Positions 12,901 to 25,950 of a DNA stretch of 64,000 nucleotides are shown here, piece after piece. This DNA is from Chromera velia. Its lineage: Eukaryota. A program made the translations under genes and the position numbers. Below the pieces are notes generated by a model, which was not told the DNA's origin, made no database searches, and worked only from the letters and a program-made list of their open reading frames with translations. The stretch is from the NCBI GenBank assembly GCA_018398765.1, contig JAHBMJ010000366.1, forward strand, positions 62,001 to 126,000, in the 5' to 3' direction. Numbering within the stretch: position 1 is the first letter of the stretch; the number at the start of each line of letters is the position of its first letter.

Positions 12901-15900
12901 AGCGACCAGAGGGAGGGGGAGAAGGAAGACGAGGCAGCTGTGGTGTCGCGGCTGCGGCGGCTGTGCAGACGGGAGCTTGCAGAATACAAAGTCCCGTCCC
13001 GTATTTTGTTCTGCCAGATGCCCCGGACTGGTTCGGGAAAGATCATCAAGAAACAACTGCGCGAACGGCTGTCGACAGACTACCAACAAGGAAGGAGCAG
13101 CAGTGGGGGGGGACCGGCGGCAGATACCAAAGGGGAGATAACAAGAGTCGACGCCAGTAGAAACGGTCGTTTGTTTGTTTTCTGTTTGACGGTGTTCTGG
13201 CCCTTCTACATGTCGATTGGTGATTTGATATATAGACGTTTCATCTCCACTGTGCATGGCTTTTTTAAAAAAATCTTTTCTGCACATGTATCGATCTGGC
13301 AAGGTCGTGAGCCTGAGTGACAGACTTTGCACCTGCTCTTCTGGGTCTGTGTTCCTCTTACGGTCATGAAATGCAGTTTATGTGCTTTGTTGGGGCTTCA
13401 TGGTGCCCACATTTTTTGTGTAGAACATCCCAATATGTTTCATTTATTTTTTCATGAAGAATTTGTTCAATTCATCTCTTTGCAGCGTGTCCCGAACTGT
13501 ACTGCGTCGAGTGGGTATGTCAACCCCTCAGCGTCCAAAGCACGGCTGCAGACATGGGCGAAGAGGGAGCGGAGACAAGCCCAGGCAAGTGCAGTGGGGC
13601 CGAGAGCGAGGCTCAGTCAGGCGCTGTCAAGTTGTGCCTTCTCGGGGTGAGGGGAGACGAGCCATGCGCCCACTGGATTGAACGGCTGTGCGAGGCAAAC
13701 GATCGGGAGCTGCAGCTACCGGTGTGCTGCCTGGAGTGGGGGGGCACAGAAGCATCCTCCTCCTGTGAGTGGAACGCAGAGGGGCAAGAGGGGGGGGGAG
13801 TTTCGGGGGGCGACGCAGCAGAAGGGCCCGAGGACGTCCTCGAGATTCGCCGCGTGGTCGAGTCTTTGGACGCGGCAGGTACTTTCCAATTAATCGTGTG
13901 TGCGTGGCCCCTCGCGGGAGGCAGACACTGTTTACGCCGGTGCTTTGGGCTGCTTTCTGCTCTCTCTGCGGAAAACAGTCCGTTCCAGGGCTCCGTCGTG
14001 TTCCTCACCTCATCGACGACTACACCCTGCCCGTCCTACCATCTGACGGGTGACACCGCTGCACTTGTGGGCATGTTGCGGTCCCTCAACAGTGAGTGGG
14101 CGTTGGAACTCGGAAGGCACAGACGTGCCCGGATGTTGTTGATCGGGTGGGCCCCTCCTGATTCCCCCATGCAGGTGGACATCGACCGCCGGGGTGGGTC
14201 TCTCGAGAGCGACGCCGCCTTCCACCAGCGTGTATGGGCGGAGATGAAAGCAACGGTGGTCGCGGGGATGGGGGGGCAGATTCTTCCTCGGGGGCGTCCC
14301 TCTGATTCCCCCCGCACCGCCGCTGAAAGCGATGAAGAGGCATGGGTGGGGGGACAGGAGGAGACGGTCTTCCTGCATGCATGCAGGAATGAAAGGATGG
14401 TCCAGCGGCTTGCCCCTTTGAAGGCTTCTTCCAGGCAGCCCGAGCCATACGTCCTTGCTGAAAGCGTGAAGGCTCCGAGGGCCAACGGTGAGACGCCTGG
14501 GTCCTCCGGAGACCAGCACTGCCAGTCCGACAGCTGTTCCTCGGACTTAAGATGGACAGCAGAGCCCGAAGCGTGGACGCTGGTCACGGGAGGGCTTGGA
14601 GGTTTGGGACGGCTTCTGCTCCTGTACTTGGTTGAGAAGTGTGGAGTGCGAAAGGTAGTGGTGCTCTCAAGGAGTGCAGACGGAGAGAAGGGGCAAGAAC
14701 TGAAAAGTCAGCAGCTGGTCATCGAACTCATTTGAATGCATGAACAATCTTCTCTTTTCGACAAGAACAATCTTCTCTTTCCAATGCAGTGGTGTGAGTG
14801 AATTCCTTCCGGCTCTCTCTTCATCTGTGTGTATAAGAGAGAGGGTGTATCGTATCTTCCGGACCGCGTCACTTTCTGATGTATGGACCCACACCTCTTC
14901 ATTCATTTTGTTGGCTTGCTTGCAGGGGAGCTGTGTAGCGCTGGAGCTGTGGAGCTTCGCCTCATTCGCGGCGATGTGTCAAAGGCCTCTGACGTCTCGC
15001 GTGCCTTCGACGCGTGCGGCTCATCACTGCGGGCGGTGTTCCATCTGGCCGGTGTACTTGACGACGGGTTTATGCGCCAGCAGAGCTGGAAACGATTTGC
15101 CCGAGTTTTGCAGGCAAAGGCCACAGGTAAGTGAGCTGCCAGTGCAGTTTGGAAAGGGTCAAGATGTGCACACAGACTCTCGACTTGATAGCTGCTTTAC
15201 TTACTGTCGTCAAGAGGGCATTAAGGGAAGAGGCAGCTGCGCCATGCTTTAGCGGGTTCGATCGACACCCGTCCGGACTTTTCGAATTGGTGTCCTCATT
15301 TTGAATTGCATGACATTGATAGTCCTGTTTCGGATCTTTAAGTTGGATGTGCGGGGCCTCTTGGTCTCTTTGTCATTTGCGCCTGTGCACGAGCAACTCT
15401 ACTAGATTAAACTAATTTATTGATTTCACTCATTCTTCAAACAAACGTCGTGCAGGTGCCGCTATTCTGGACGCAGAGAGCCGCGTGCGTCGATCTGCTC
15501 TCGACGCTTTCGTCCTCTTCAGCTCCGTCTTTTCGCTGATCGGCTTCCCCCAACTGACCCACTACGCGGCTGCGAACGCTTTCCTAGATGGCCTCGCTGC
15601 CCGGCGAAGAAGGGAAGGGCTGCCGGGTCTGAGTGTGAATTGGGGACCGGTGGCGGAGGACGGGATGGCGCACCGTCTGGGCGCTCAGTGGCGGCGATGG
15701 TACGAGGACTTGGGGTTCTGCTTCGTGCCCTTCTCCTCTGGTCTCGAGCGCCTCGTCACGCTCCTCGCCGCACAGCAGCACCAGCAGCAGCAGAGGGAGA
15801 TATCGGGAGAGGGAGGGCATTGTGATCATCACATCCCTCCGCCCTCTGTTGGAATTTTCTCCGTCGACTGGCAGCAGGTAGCCAGGGCGGGTGCGAAGAG

Positions 15901-17749
15901 CAGAACCGCGTTCCTCTTGAAGCCAGGTACTCTCTATGCCGATCTCGTCTCTGGTGCTCACGCCCCCCCAGCTGTGCAGGAGAATGGGTCTGCAAACGGG
16001 CGAGGGGGGGGGGCGACGGACGGTAGCGAAGCGGATAGCCTCCAGGAGGTCATTAGAGGGATTTTGTGTGAAGTGACCTCAGCTGAGGTCCTTGCGACCC
16101 CGGAAAACTTGACTGCCGACTTCACGTCGCTCGGTCTGTCGTCCTTGTCCTCTCTTGAGTTCAGCCAACGCATCTCGGACACGCTGAAGGTGCGCGTTGA
16201 GCCCAGTGACTTTCTCGAGCACAATTCCATTGAGAAGCTCTGCCGTTTCTTCCAGAGAGGGGGAGGCGGGTATGCAGGAAAGGATGGAGAGACGGGGGGA
16301 CGAGACAGACAGTCACCTTCAGCGGGAGGGAAATTTCTGCCCCCGTCCAGTTTGCGCGTGCAGCCGAATCTGATTCGCCTCCGACAGTACAGGCATGACG
16401 AGACGGCCTGGGCGATGTGCCAGAGATTTATCGACTCCTCCTGGCGCGCTGGGCCGGGGCACCCTCTGACAAATCGTGTTCTGTTTGATTGGCAGTACAG
16501 GGTCAGAGGGGAGTTCTACCCAGGCCTCCCTCAGCCCGTGCCCCCCATGGCACTCCTAGCAACAAGAGCCATTGCCCAGCAGCCTCTCGGTGCTGGTGCG
16601 CGCACCGACCCTGTCAGCAGCCCCGATGTGCCCCTTCCAGGGGAGCAAATGTTGGGTTTCTGTGGCTGCACGCCCATCGGGTTCCGGTGGGGGGAGCAGG
16701 TCTTCGGGGGCGGTGAGGTGTCGATGCTGTTTGTAGCCCGGGAAGTTGACGGAATGGGACTCGGGGTGCGGATGCTTGACGAGACGATCGCAGCGTCTAG
16801 AGCTGGGCTGGTCGGTTTCAACCTGAACGACCAGTCGGGGGCCCTGTACGCCCTCCGGGGGGCCGTTTTCCAAAAAGAAGTCCCTCGTTTCATCGCCCCT
16901 CTCACCGCTGACTACGCCTTCATTTGTGAGGGGACGGAAACGGTGAACCTCCAAAGTCTCCTTGCGCTCTCCGGAGGGAGGCCGTCGCAGAAGGAGGAAG
17001 GGAGTGGTTCTCCTTTAACTGCTGAGCCTGTCTGCGTGGGGGGGACCGGCTGTTCAGAGAAAGTGGCCGAGCGGGTGGGGGCGATGTTGGGGGATTTTTG
17101 GCGTCAGCGCGTTGCCAAGCACGTTGGGCTGTCTATCGATCGGTCAGAAGATTGGTGGAGGTGGAGGTACCTGGAGACGGTGGGCGACTTTGAATACGCC
17201 GTGTTTGGCAGTGCAGAGAGGGGCTTTGTGGTCTGTCGGTTGGAGGAGATGCGAAACGCGGAGCTGCTGGTGAAGGCCGAGGAGCCTGAGGGAGGGAGTC
17301 GGGGGCAAATGCAGCAGGTGCCACGGGGGCAATTGAAAGCCTTGCGTCTGCTTGAGTGTCTGCCGGCCAATGCGGCAGCGTGGAAGGGAGAGGCGGACGC
17401 GGAGTTCGTTGAGGTCCTGCGGGCTTCCTTCCGCTGGGGCATCTCTCAGGGTGCGGTGGTGGCGGACTTCTGGTGCACCTCTCGGCGGCTGGAGCCTGCG
17501 TTGTCGGGCGCAGGCATGCTGCTCCAGTCAGACTCCCATCGGCTTCCCAACTTTCTAGGAGACCTCAAAGTGAAGAGGGGACCACTAAATGCAGTGCTTC
17601 TCCTCAAGGGCCCGCTGCAGTCAGTATGGGAGAGAATGGGGGGTGGTGGTGCCGGAGGGGGAGGGGCAAATCTACCCGACTTCGACTGGGACGCGACTTA
17701 CTTCACAAAGTCGACTGGGGACTCAGACCGGCCTACGGTTTCACGCTAA
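6908..17749 (+). CDS. KS-less multidomain megasynthase: ThDP' - ThDP - acyl-adenylation - KR - ACP - GNAT-like, ~3010 aa, 6 exons
   Basis: Exons 6908-7247, 7688-8700, 9202-13165, 13486-14706, 14926-15126 and 15456-17749 are all GT-AG with matching phases (1,0,1,1,1) and sum to 9033 nt with no internal stop. Splice joins rebuild conserved motifs ([31 protein letters not shown]). ThDP motifs: [24 protein letters not shown] motifs: [32 protein letters not shown] motifs: [37 protein letters not shown] motif: [10 protein letters not shown]. The start could instead be the Met at 6929. Confidence 0.9.
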
Positions 17750-18690
17750 CTTTAGTAGCCAGACTGCTGTGTTTACAACGTACAGGTATGTACCGTGACC
17801 GTGAGCCTAGCTCATCCTGGCAGTCAAGAAACTCTAGAAGAAACTGGTGGTCAAGAAAAACTATTTTTTAAAATAAATGCGTGTATATGCATTCACATGA
17901 ATCACTTCAAACGATAAGCGCCCAGAGAGACGCGTTCTAGACTATATATCAGACAAAAAAAAATGTAAATTCGAATACACCATCGTAACACCACATATAG
18001 TAAGAATATAGTAAGAATTCAAATAATGTTAGAGATAATATGTGAAAACGTCCATGACGTCGTATACACTGCGACAAACGTTTTATTTAAAAAAATATTG
18101 AAATATCACATACAAACTGTTCTGTGAGTTTCAAACTTATAATCAAAGTGATGTTAAAGTAGACATAATTACTCATTATTTAATCTCTAAAAAATGTGTA
18201 TGATTTAAAGTATAACGTATTTTTTTGAAAAATTAAATTCATATCAATAACTATAATATACATTTTTGAAGATATTTTTTTATCTATAATATCTACCATA
18301 ATATACGCATTATAGTGTGTACTAGTGTGCAACTTCATATTAGTAAAATGTAGTCAGGTCCCCAGAGTGTACCACTGAATCAAAATGTTCATAATGGTGG
18401 GATCAAATGACTTAGAGACAATGCAATTGCAGTGACACTAGCAATCTTGTACTCAGTGTGCTAAGCCCTAGACTAAGCCCCTGGTATCTGGAAAAGTTGC
18501 AGCGCGCTCTGCCTTCTTTTGCACATTGAATGAACATTGCATGCGCATTATAACCCCGGGACCCAGGTCTCACTGTTCTTTGTCAGAACCTTTGAAGACA
18601 TGACAGACAGTGGCTGGGTTCTCTACCCTAGCTTTCTCCTCGTTGCTGGCCAGCGTACATGGATGCGATGGAAAATCGAGAGAGATTCGA

Positions 18691-19556
18691 TCAGGAAAGG
18701 TCAGCTGCCAACCTTTCGACGAGGTCTCTGAGGTCGCCCTTCAGTTTCTCTCGCATCTGTTGGTCGTCTCCGAAAAACAAAAGGAGACGGCGATGGATCC
18801 GTTCAAGGAGGGAAACCGAGCGACGCTGCAAAAGGTGCACCAGCGAGACACCGGTAGACTTGGCTTCCGGTTTGCTCCGGTTACCCGTCCTGTCCTTTCT
18901 GCTGGAGACAGAGCCGAAGGACGACCACCCAGGCGTACTCACCCCTGCTACCTCCTCTTCCTGCAGAATTTGACTTCCACTTCCAGCCTCTTTGTCGTCC
19001 TCAGATACACAGCCGGAGAGAGAGAGGGGAGAGAAGTTGATGGTCTCAGCCATGAACTCCTCCCAGTGAGGCCAACGCCAATACCTCTTCGGTCTGTTCC
19101 GGGGTCTCCATCCACCCAGAGACCCTCCGCGACATCGCTTCTCTTTGTCTTTCTCTATGCACACAGGGTGGTTGGGTGCGGCTCCGCTCGGCCGTTCAGG
19201 CGCCTTCGGTCGCTCTGCACGCACACACGCGCATACATATGCACACGTTCACGTACAGACACACAGACACTCACGTACAGACAGACAGAGAAGGGGACGG
19301 AATTGCCCTGTAAGACGCATACAAGACGACCCACCAAAGGTACACGAGGAGGAGGGAGGGTCTGCTTTTATGTCTGTCTTTGTCCAAAACAGACACTCGG
19401 TGTCTCGGAGTGGAGACAGGGAAAAGGCTGACCTTCAGTTCAGGGGAGGGAACAAAAGAAAGAAAGAAAGAAAGAAAGCGCAATGGAGGAAATAAAGAAG
19501 AAATCCCTCAACGGCCGGCTAAAGTCAGTCAGTCAGTCAAAAAGGGGGAAGGAGAA

Positions 19557-19591
<35 letters not shown>

Positions 19592-22500
19592 AGACGAAGA
19601 AGAAGAAGACGAAGAAGAAGAAGAAGAAGAAGAAGAAGAGGAACCGAAGGAGAAGAAAATCAGACAGCGGATTCTTTCTTCCTTGCTTCCTTCCTTCCTT
19701 TCTTTCTTCCTTCCTTCCTTTCTTTCTTTCTTTCTTTTCTTTCTTTCTGTCTGTCTGTCTTTCTTTCTTTCTTTCCCTCTATCTTCTTGACCCCCCGACC
19801 AACGTACCCATCCATCAACCCACCCACCCACCCAGTCTCAAGTGCTGCCCATGAAGGAGCACGTGAGTGATCGCGGCGAGAGCAAACAGGTCAACGTGAT
19901 GCACCCACGGCCGTCCCTCCAGCATCGCAGGGCACAGAAAGGACTCCCAGTGAGAGTCTCCTGCATGCACTCAGACGGGCAGCCAGGCAGTAGAAAAGGA
20001 GTGGGCGTTCATTTGTAAAAGGAACAAATTTCGTTTCATTTTTTTTGTTGACTACCGACCCAAAGCTAAGCGCATTCTCCAATCTCAAAACGAACAAAGA
20101 AACAAGCACAAAAAAAGGACACACCGCCGGAAGGGAGCCGCTTGAGAAAGTCAGAAACAGCAACAGAAGGTATCGACCTCAACCAAAATAGAAAGGAACG
20201 AAGAGAGTGCGTGCAGACACATCCATTCACGGCAATCAATGTCAGGGCGGTCGAGTTCACACCAACCAACCCACAAAACAGCTTCCGCTTCCCTCACGCA
20301 CCCCCCCATCCACGAAGAAGTGGACGCCCACAAAAAACTGATTCGTTATGAATGCGAACATCAAATCGAAATCCCCCGCTTTAGTTGTGGAAGAATGGGA
20401 TGGAAGTAAAAAAGAGATAGTGTTTACAATCAAAGACCGTAGAACGCAGACCGATCGATTGTCATACGTCTGAACACCCCGGAGCCCTCAGCACTCTCTG
20501 TTTTGACCACACAGAGCAGACAGAGACGGCAAAACAAATCAATGATGTATGTACCTACCAACAAAAAGGCAACCCCTATAGGGCCCATTCGGGCCCACGT
20601 CCAGACCCCGGCCTAGGTCGATGCCCGCCAGGCCGAGGGGAGCCACACGGTCGTCTCCATGTCCCCAGGACCCCACACCCCCCCCTCCCGCCCCCAAAGC
20701 GCTCAAAGACACTGTACAGGTCTGGTGATCCAAAGAATCCAGAAGAGGGTGCGGATGGGGTAGCCAGAGCACCTGACCTTGCCGGCTGCCTGTCCCTGTG
20801 CCTCCCTCCTCAGTGTCCTCCTGATCATCTTGATCCTGATCGTTCAGAGAGACCGGCAAGAGCAGATTCTGAGGACCTCTCCACCCAGGAGCCCCTTTGG
20901 CTGTCGGGACCAGAAGCACATTGTCGGGGCGGAAGTCTCCATGAATCACCCCAGACTGCAATCAAATCTCTCATTGCAATAATTTTGCGGTGCAAAAATT
21001 GAGGTAAGAAGGGAGGGGAAGAATTCCAGATCCATTTTCATTCTTTGCTTCCCTGCTCCTTCTGTTTGTCTGTCTACCAAAAATTGATCAGAGAAATCGG
21101 GAATGGGTGTACGGACGGAATTGTGCATGATTATACTCATGTGTGTAATTCTTTGCGCTTCGAACTACCCGCCCCCTTTCCGTTCTCCCCTGTGTCGTTC
21201 GTCCCTTCTTTTACTTCCCCACTTTCACCCAAGGTCCTTCCATTCTGATTGATGTCACAGCTGATTATCCCCTTTTTGATCGATGTTACAGAAAGAACCT
21301 CAATTGTGAATCCAAGAGGGGGGAAAGCGACTCAGGAAAAAAAAAACTGACGGTAGGCCAAAGCGGAGAAGACGACGGGTGACCCACGCAGACAGGAGGA
21401 AAGGAAAAATGTGTGAGGAGAGAAACAAGGAAGTCAGAACGGATAGATGCAGACAGACAGACAGACAGACAGACAGGGAAGCAAAATCCATAATTCCTAT
21501 CAATATCTTCTTCTCTCTCTGTCCTTTTGGAGGGGAGGGGAGGAAAAAGGAATGAATGAATGAATCGCAACGATGGATAGCCACCCTGACTGCATGCCTC
21601 CCTGCAGGATTGAAGCAAAGACCTGGGCAGAATTATGAAGTTCCAGGGCAGTCCGTCAGACACCCACACAGACATCCCTACCCACCCATCTACCCATCCA
21701 CCCACCCCGCGCCTCTTTTGTACAACTCCCTGCCTAGGGCTCACAGACAGAGTGACGACTCTTTGTCTCTCCCTCTTTCTTCTTCTTTTCTTCTTCTTCT
21801 TCTTCTTCTTCTTTAGAGAGACAATTCGAGGATAAGTTCCCAGAAAGCCCACACACACAGAAACAAACAAACAACCAAAGAGAGAAGAGAGAAAGACAGT
21901 CTGAGAGAACAGTCAGGCCGAATAAATGAATGGATGCAGAGGGATGCCCCCCGACTCACCGAGTGGAGCTGCAGCAGCAGAGACGTCATCTCGAAGAGAA
22001 AAAAGAGTACCAGGGTCTCCGGTACTGTCTCCTTCCTGTGGGGGGATGGAACAACACATCGAGAGAGAGAGAGAGAGACCGTCAAGTTGTTGGATGGAAT
22101 TCGGCACCTCGGTCTCCCTTCTTGCCTTCCTTCCTTCTGTCTCTCTGTCTATTCTTTCTCCCTTGTGCAGGGAAAAAGCAATGAAAGAAGGAAAAGTAAC
22201 CAAGGAAGGAAGAAGACCGAAAGAGAAAAAGAAGGAAAGACATATCGACCCTCACAAAGAGACACACCAGCAAGCAGAGACTTTCAGGAACCCATCTGCT
22301 TCCTTTCTCGATCAGCAGCCAAAAGCCGAACCATTCAATTATTTCCACGGAGCTGCATGGAAGGAAGGAAGGACCAACGAACCTGTCTATGTAGCATTTC
22401 TGCAAAGCGTCGTTCAGAGTGATGCCTGCCCGAAATCTCGGGGGAACCCCTCCTCCTCCAGACCCACTGAGCAAAGGTCTAGGAAGAGGAGGACCTTGCT

Positions 22501-25500
22501 GATGCTTTCGTCTCCCCTTTCCATCCTGCAGCCGCTCTTTCTGCAGACCTCCTCTCTCCTCTTCTTCCTTTGCTTCTTCATTACCCCCCCCCCGTCCGTT
22601 CAAAGAGACGGGAACAGAGCACAGAGGAAGAAGAAGGAACGCCCGCGCAACTTTGTCCTCCTCATACCCAAATGGATCCTCCAAACTCCGCGCAGTCGCC
22701 AGACCATCCCACTCTCTCTCCTTCTCTTTCTCTTTTTCTTTCTCTCTCTTTTCCCCCAACTGCTGTACACCCCCTTTTGTTCCGGGTCTTCTTTCCCTTT
22801 CCCCTCCTGCTGCCTCCTGTACACCCCCCACTGCATCGGGCAGACAGACAGAACGAGAAGGCGAACTTGCTTCGTCCTCCCCCACTGTCAGATGAAGTTC
22901 CGTGGGAAGCAACCAGAGTGGGGGGCCGGAAAGACCTGCGAGGTAATAAAAATTGAGTCGCGGCAATCATCAATCTCAATATCATGTGTGTGCACATACA
23001 CAACAGAGAGCAAGAAGGTGGGCAGGAAAAACGAACGAAGGTGCTGTCCCCATGTATCGATGTCAAGCACCCCACCACCACACCCACAAGCAGAACTTCC
23101 TTCACGAAAAAAAGAACGAACACCCCCACCTACCCACCTACCTGTGAGACGGCTGTCGTCCTGGCTCCACCTCTCTCTCAGAACGGAAGAAAGAAAGGCC
23201 TCGCGAATGCACGTGCCGACAGACGCGTCCTGAATCTTCAACGCCACTGGCCCTGCATGCGAGCATCTAATTCTCTCAGGCACGCACGCACACAGACTGA
23301 CAGTGTCTTTTATCTCACTCCGATCAATCGATCTCTCTCACACTGCATGCATCACCATCTCGGGACATGCAAGAGAAAATCAGAAATGAAAAAAAGATAG
23401 AAAAACAATCGAGCACAAGAGCGAAACGATTTTGCTCACAAAAAAGGCACACAGTTCTTTCTTCTCTTCCATCTGTGTCCCTGTGTCTGTCCCTATGCTC
23501 TTCCCTTCTCTTCTCTTCTCGTTCATCTGTCTGTATATCGGCTCAGTGCTCCCTCCTGCCCCTTGGAGGCCCTTTCCCTTCCCCCCTGAGAGAGAGCCCA
23601 CAGACTCTACCGACCGTCCTTCGCAATCCCCTTGCACTCTGCTCGTTGTCCTCCTCCGCCCGTGCAGCTCAGAGTGCCCGAGAAGACTCTCCCTGCAAGG
23701 AAGGAGACAACAGCATTTATTTTCATACAGAATTCTTACATACAGAATAAATAAGTAAATGCATGCAGAGTGCCCGAGAAGACTCTCCCTGCAAGGAAGG
23801 AGACAACAGCATTTATTTTCATACGGAATTCTTACATACAGAATAAATAAGTAAATGCATGCAGAGTGCCCGAGAAGACTCTCCCTGCAAGGAAGGAGAC
23901 AACAGCATTTATTTTCATACGGAATTCTTACATACAGAATAAATAAGTAAATGCATGCAGAGTGCCCGGAAAGGAGAGAAAGAAAGACATGCAGAGAGGC
24001 GACGAAAATGAGAGGAAGGGGAATTAAAGGGGAGGGGGGGGGAGACAGAGAAAGAAAAATCAACAGAGAAAGGAACAGAGACGACAGAAACTACTCCTGC
24101 CTGCCTGTCTCTCATTTATTCCCACAGATAGTCGACCCGATTTTAATTCAGTTCACTGACTGGAAGCATAAAAGAAAACTGTGCATATAGCGTGCTCCCA
24201 TTTCATGACGATGTAACCAGGTCCCAGCCTCTCACTTACACCTTCCCTCACCTCCCTCCCTCCCTCCCTCCCTCCCTACCTACCGTAAGCTCCCTCCCCC
24301 AGCAGTCTGCCGATCGACACGGCCCTCCCGTCGTCCAGCCGCACCGACGAGAACTTCCGCAAAGTCTTCGGACGGGGAATTTCGTTGTGGTAGAGCCTGC
24401 ACGCGTCATGGAGGGATGGAAACAAGCAGAAGAAAAAAAGCAAGAGTAAGAACCTTCCCATGGGAAAGGACCCCCACAGCAAGCACAAAGAGGGAGAGCA
24501 CACTCACAGGGCAGGAGAGCACAGGAGAAGAGACGAACGAAATCGCGGAAAGAGGCCAGCCAAGGCAAGGGAAGGCAAGGGAATGGATCGAAGACAGAGG
24601 AACCAAAACACTTCACAATGCTGTCTGCGTGTCGTCCGAATCTGGACAGACACACAGAGACAGACAGACAGAGACACACTTCCAGCAAGTGTCTAAGCAG
24701 ACCTCTCGACGTGAAGGGTCCACGAAAAGTCCCCCTTCTTCCTGTTCGACATCCCATCTGTGCCGTTCTCTTTCTTTTTCTCTGCCCCTTCCTCCACATC
24801 TGCATTTCTCGGGTTTCCGTTTCCAGCAGAAGCAGAACGAGAGGATGCTCCCCTTGCCTTTTGCTTTGCAGTGTCCATACATGCTTCATCACCTCCTCTC
24901 CGCTCCTCCCTCTCCCTCCCTTCTGCTGCTGCTGCTGCCAGGGTGCCTCTCCGAGTGAGGTGCCAGTACATCAACCTCTCTCGAAAACGACGGCTCTGCT
25001 TGCAGAAGGGGTCCACCAGGCTGCATCCATCATGCGGGCTTGCAGGCAGGCACCCACGCAGAGAGAGAGAGACAGACAGAAAGACAGACGGACGGGGGGG
25101 GTTTTATGCGTTTTCTGCCTTCCTGCTACGGACATGAATGTACTGGAGAAGGGACACACCGCGCGCAGCGAAAGAGAGGGGCCTCCTGGAATATACTTAA
25201 AAGAACAACACAGATATGCAGTCAGACAAGCAGACAACACATTATTCTCTTTTATTCATTTCCTTTCACTGATTCACGCCACAGACACGCACACAGAATG
25301 ACACAGAAAGGGAGAGACACGCAGAAACACATAAAAGACCCGCCCGCAAACTCACCGAACGGTCCATGAGGGCTGTTCCTGCTGTGCCACCACAGGCCCC
25401 GCAGACGACGAGGACGCAGCAGCAGCAGCCGAGCCCCCCCCCTCTGATTTGCAGAACGACGGAGGAGGAAGACCCGGCCTTGGCGGACGGTGGGCAGGTG

Positions 25501-25914
25501 GGAGGGGGTGTGGGTGCTGCGACGGCATCAGCTGGACTCTCCAAATGCCTTTCGTTCCTTTGCCGCCCTTCTTTTCTTTCGCTCCCCCTCTTGCTCGTCC
25601 TATTTCTGCTGCAGTGAATCAAAACATGTGCATGCACAACAATATCGCTCCTTTTACCCACAAGACCTATGCATCCACATGTAGTGAATGCACTTGTTGC
25701 ACGTATATGTACATGCATCCATGCATGGCCACCGGCAGGAAGGAAGGAAGCAGAAAGGCCCCAGCTTCCCTTTCCTCCTGAGTCCTCCTGCATGCATGCA
25801 TGAGGTGTCGCACCGAATTAAGTGGAGTCAGTCACATGCAAAAACAGAAAAATTGAGGGGCAAAGAGCGAAAGATGCCACCCACACACGCACACGCACAC
25901 ACACACACAAACAC

Positions 25915-25950
<36 letters not shown>

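Noticed and set aside
6908..17749. Reading the locus as an operon of separate ALS, ligase, KR and GNAT genes, or as a standard PKS/NRPS
   Set aside because: Each ORF end falls inside a GT-AG intron with matching phases and motifs span the junctions. No KS (DTACSS), AT (GHSxG) or condensation (HHxxxDG) motif was seen.
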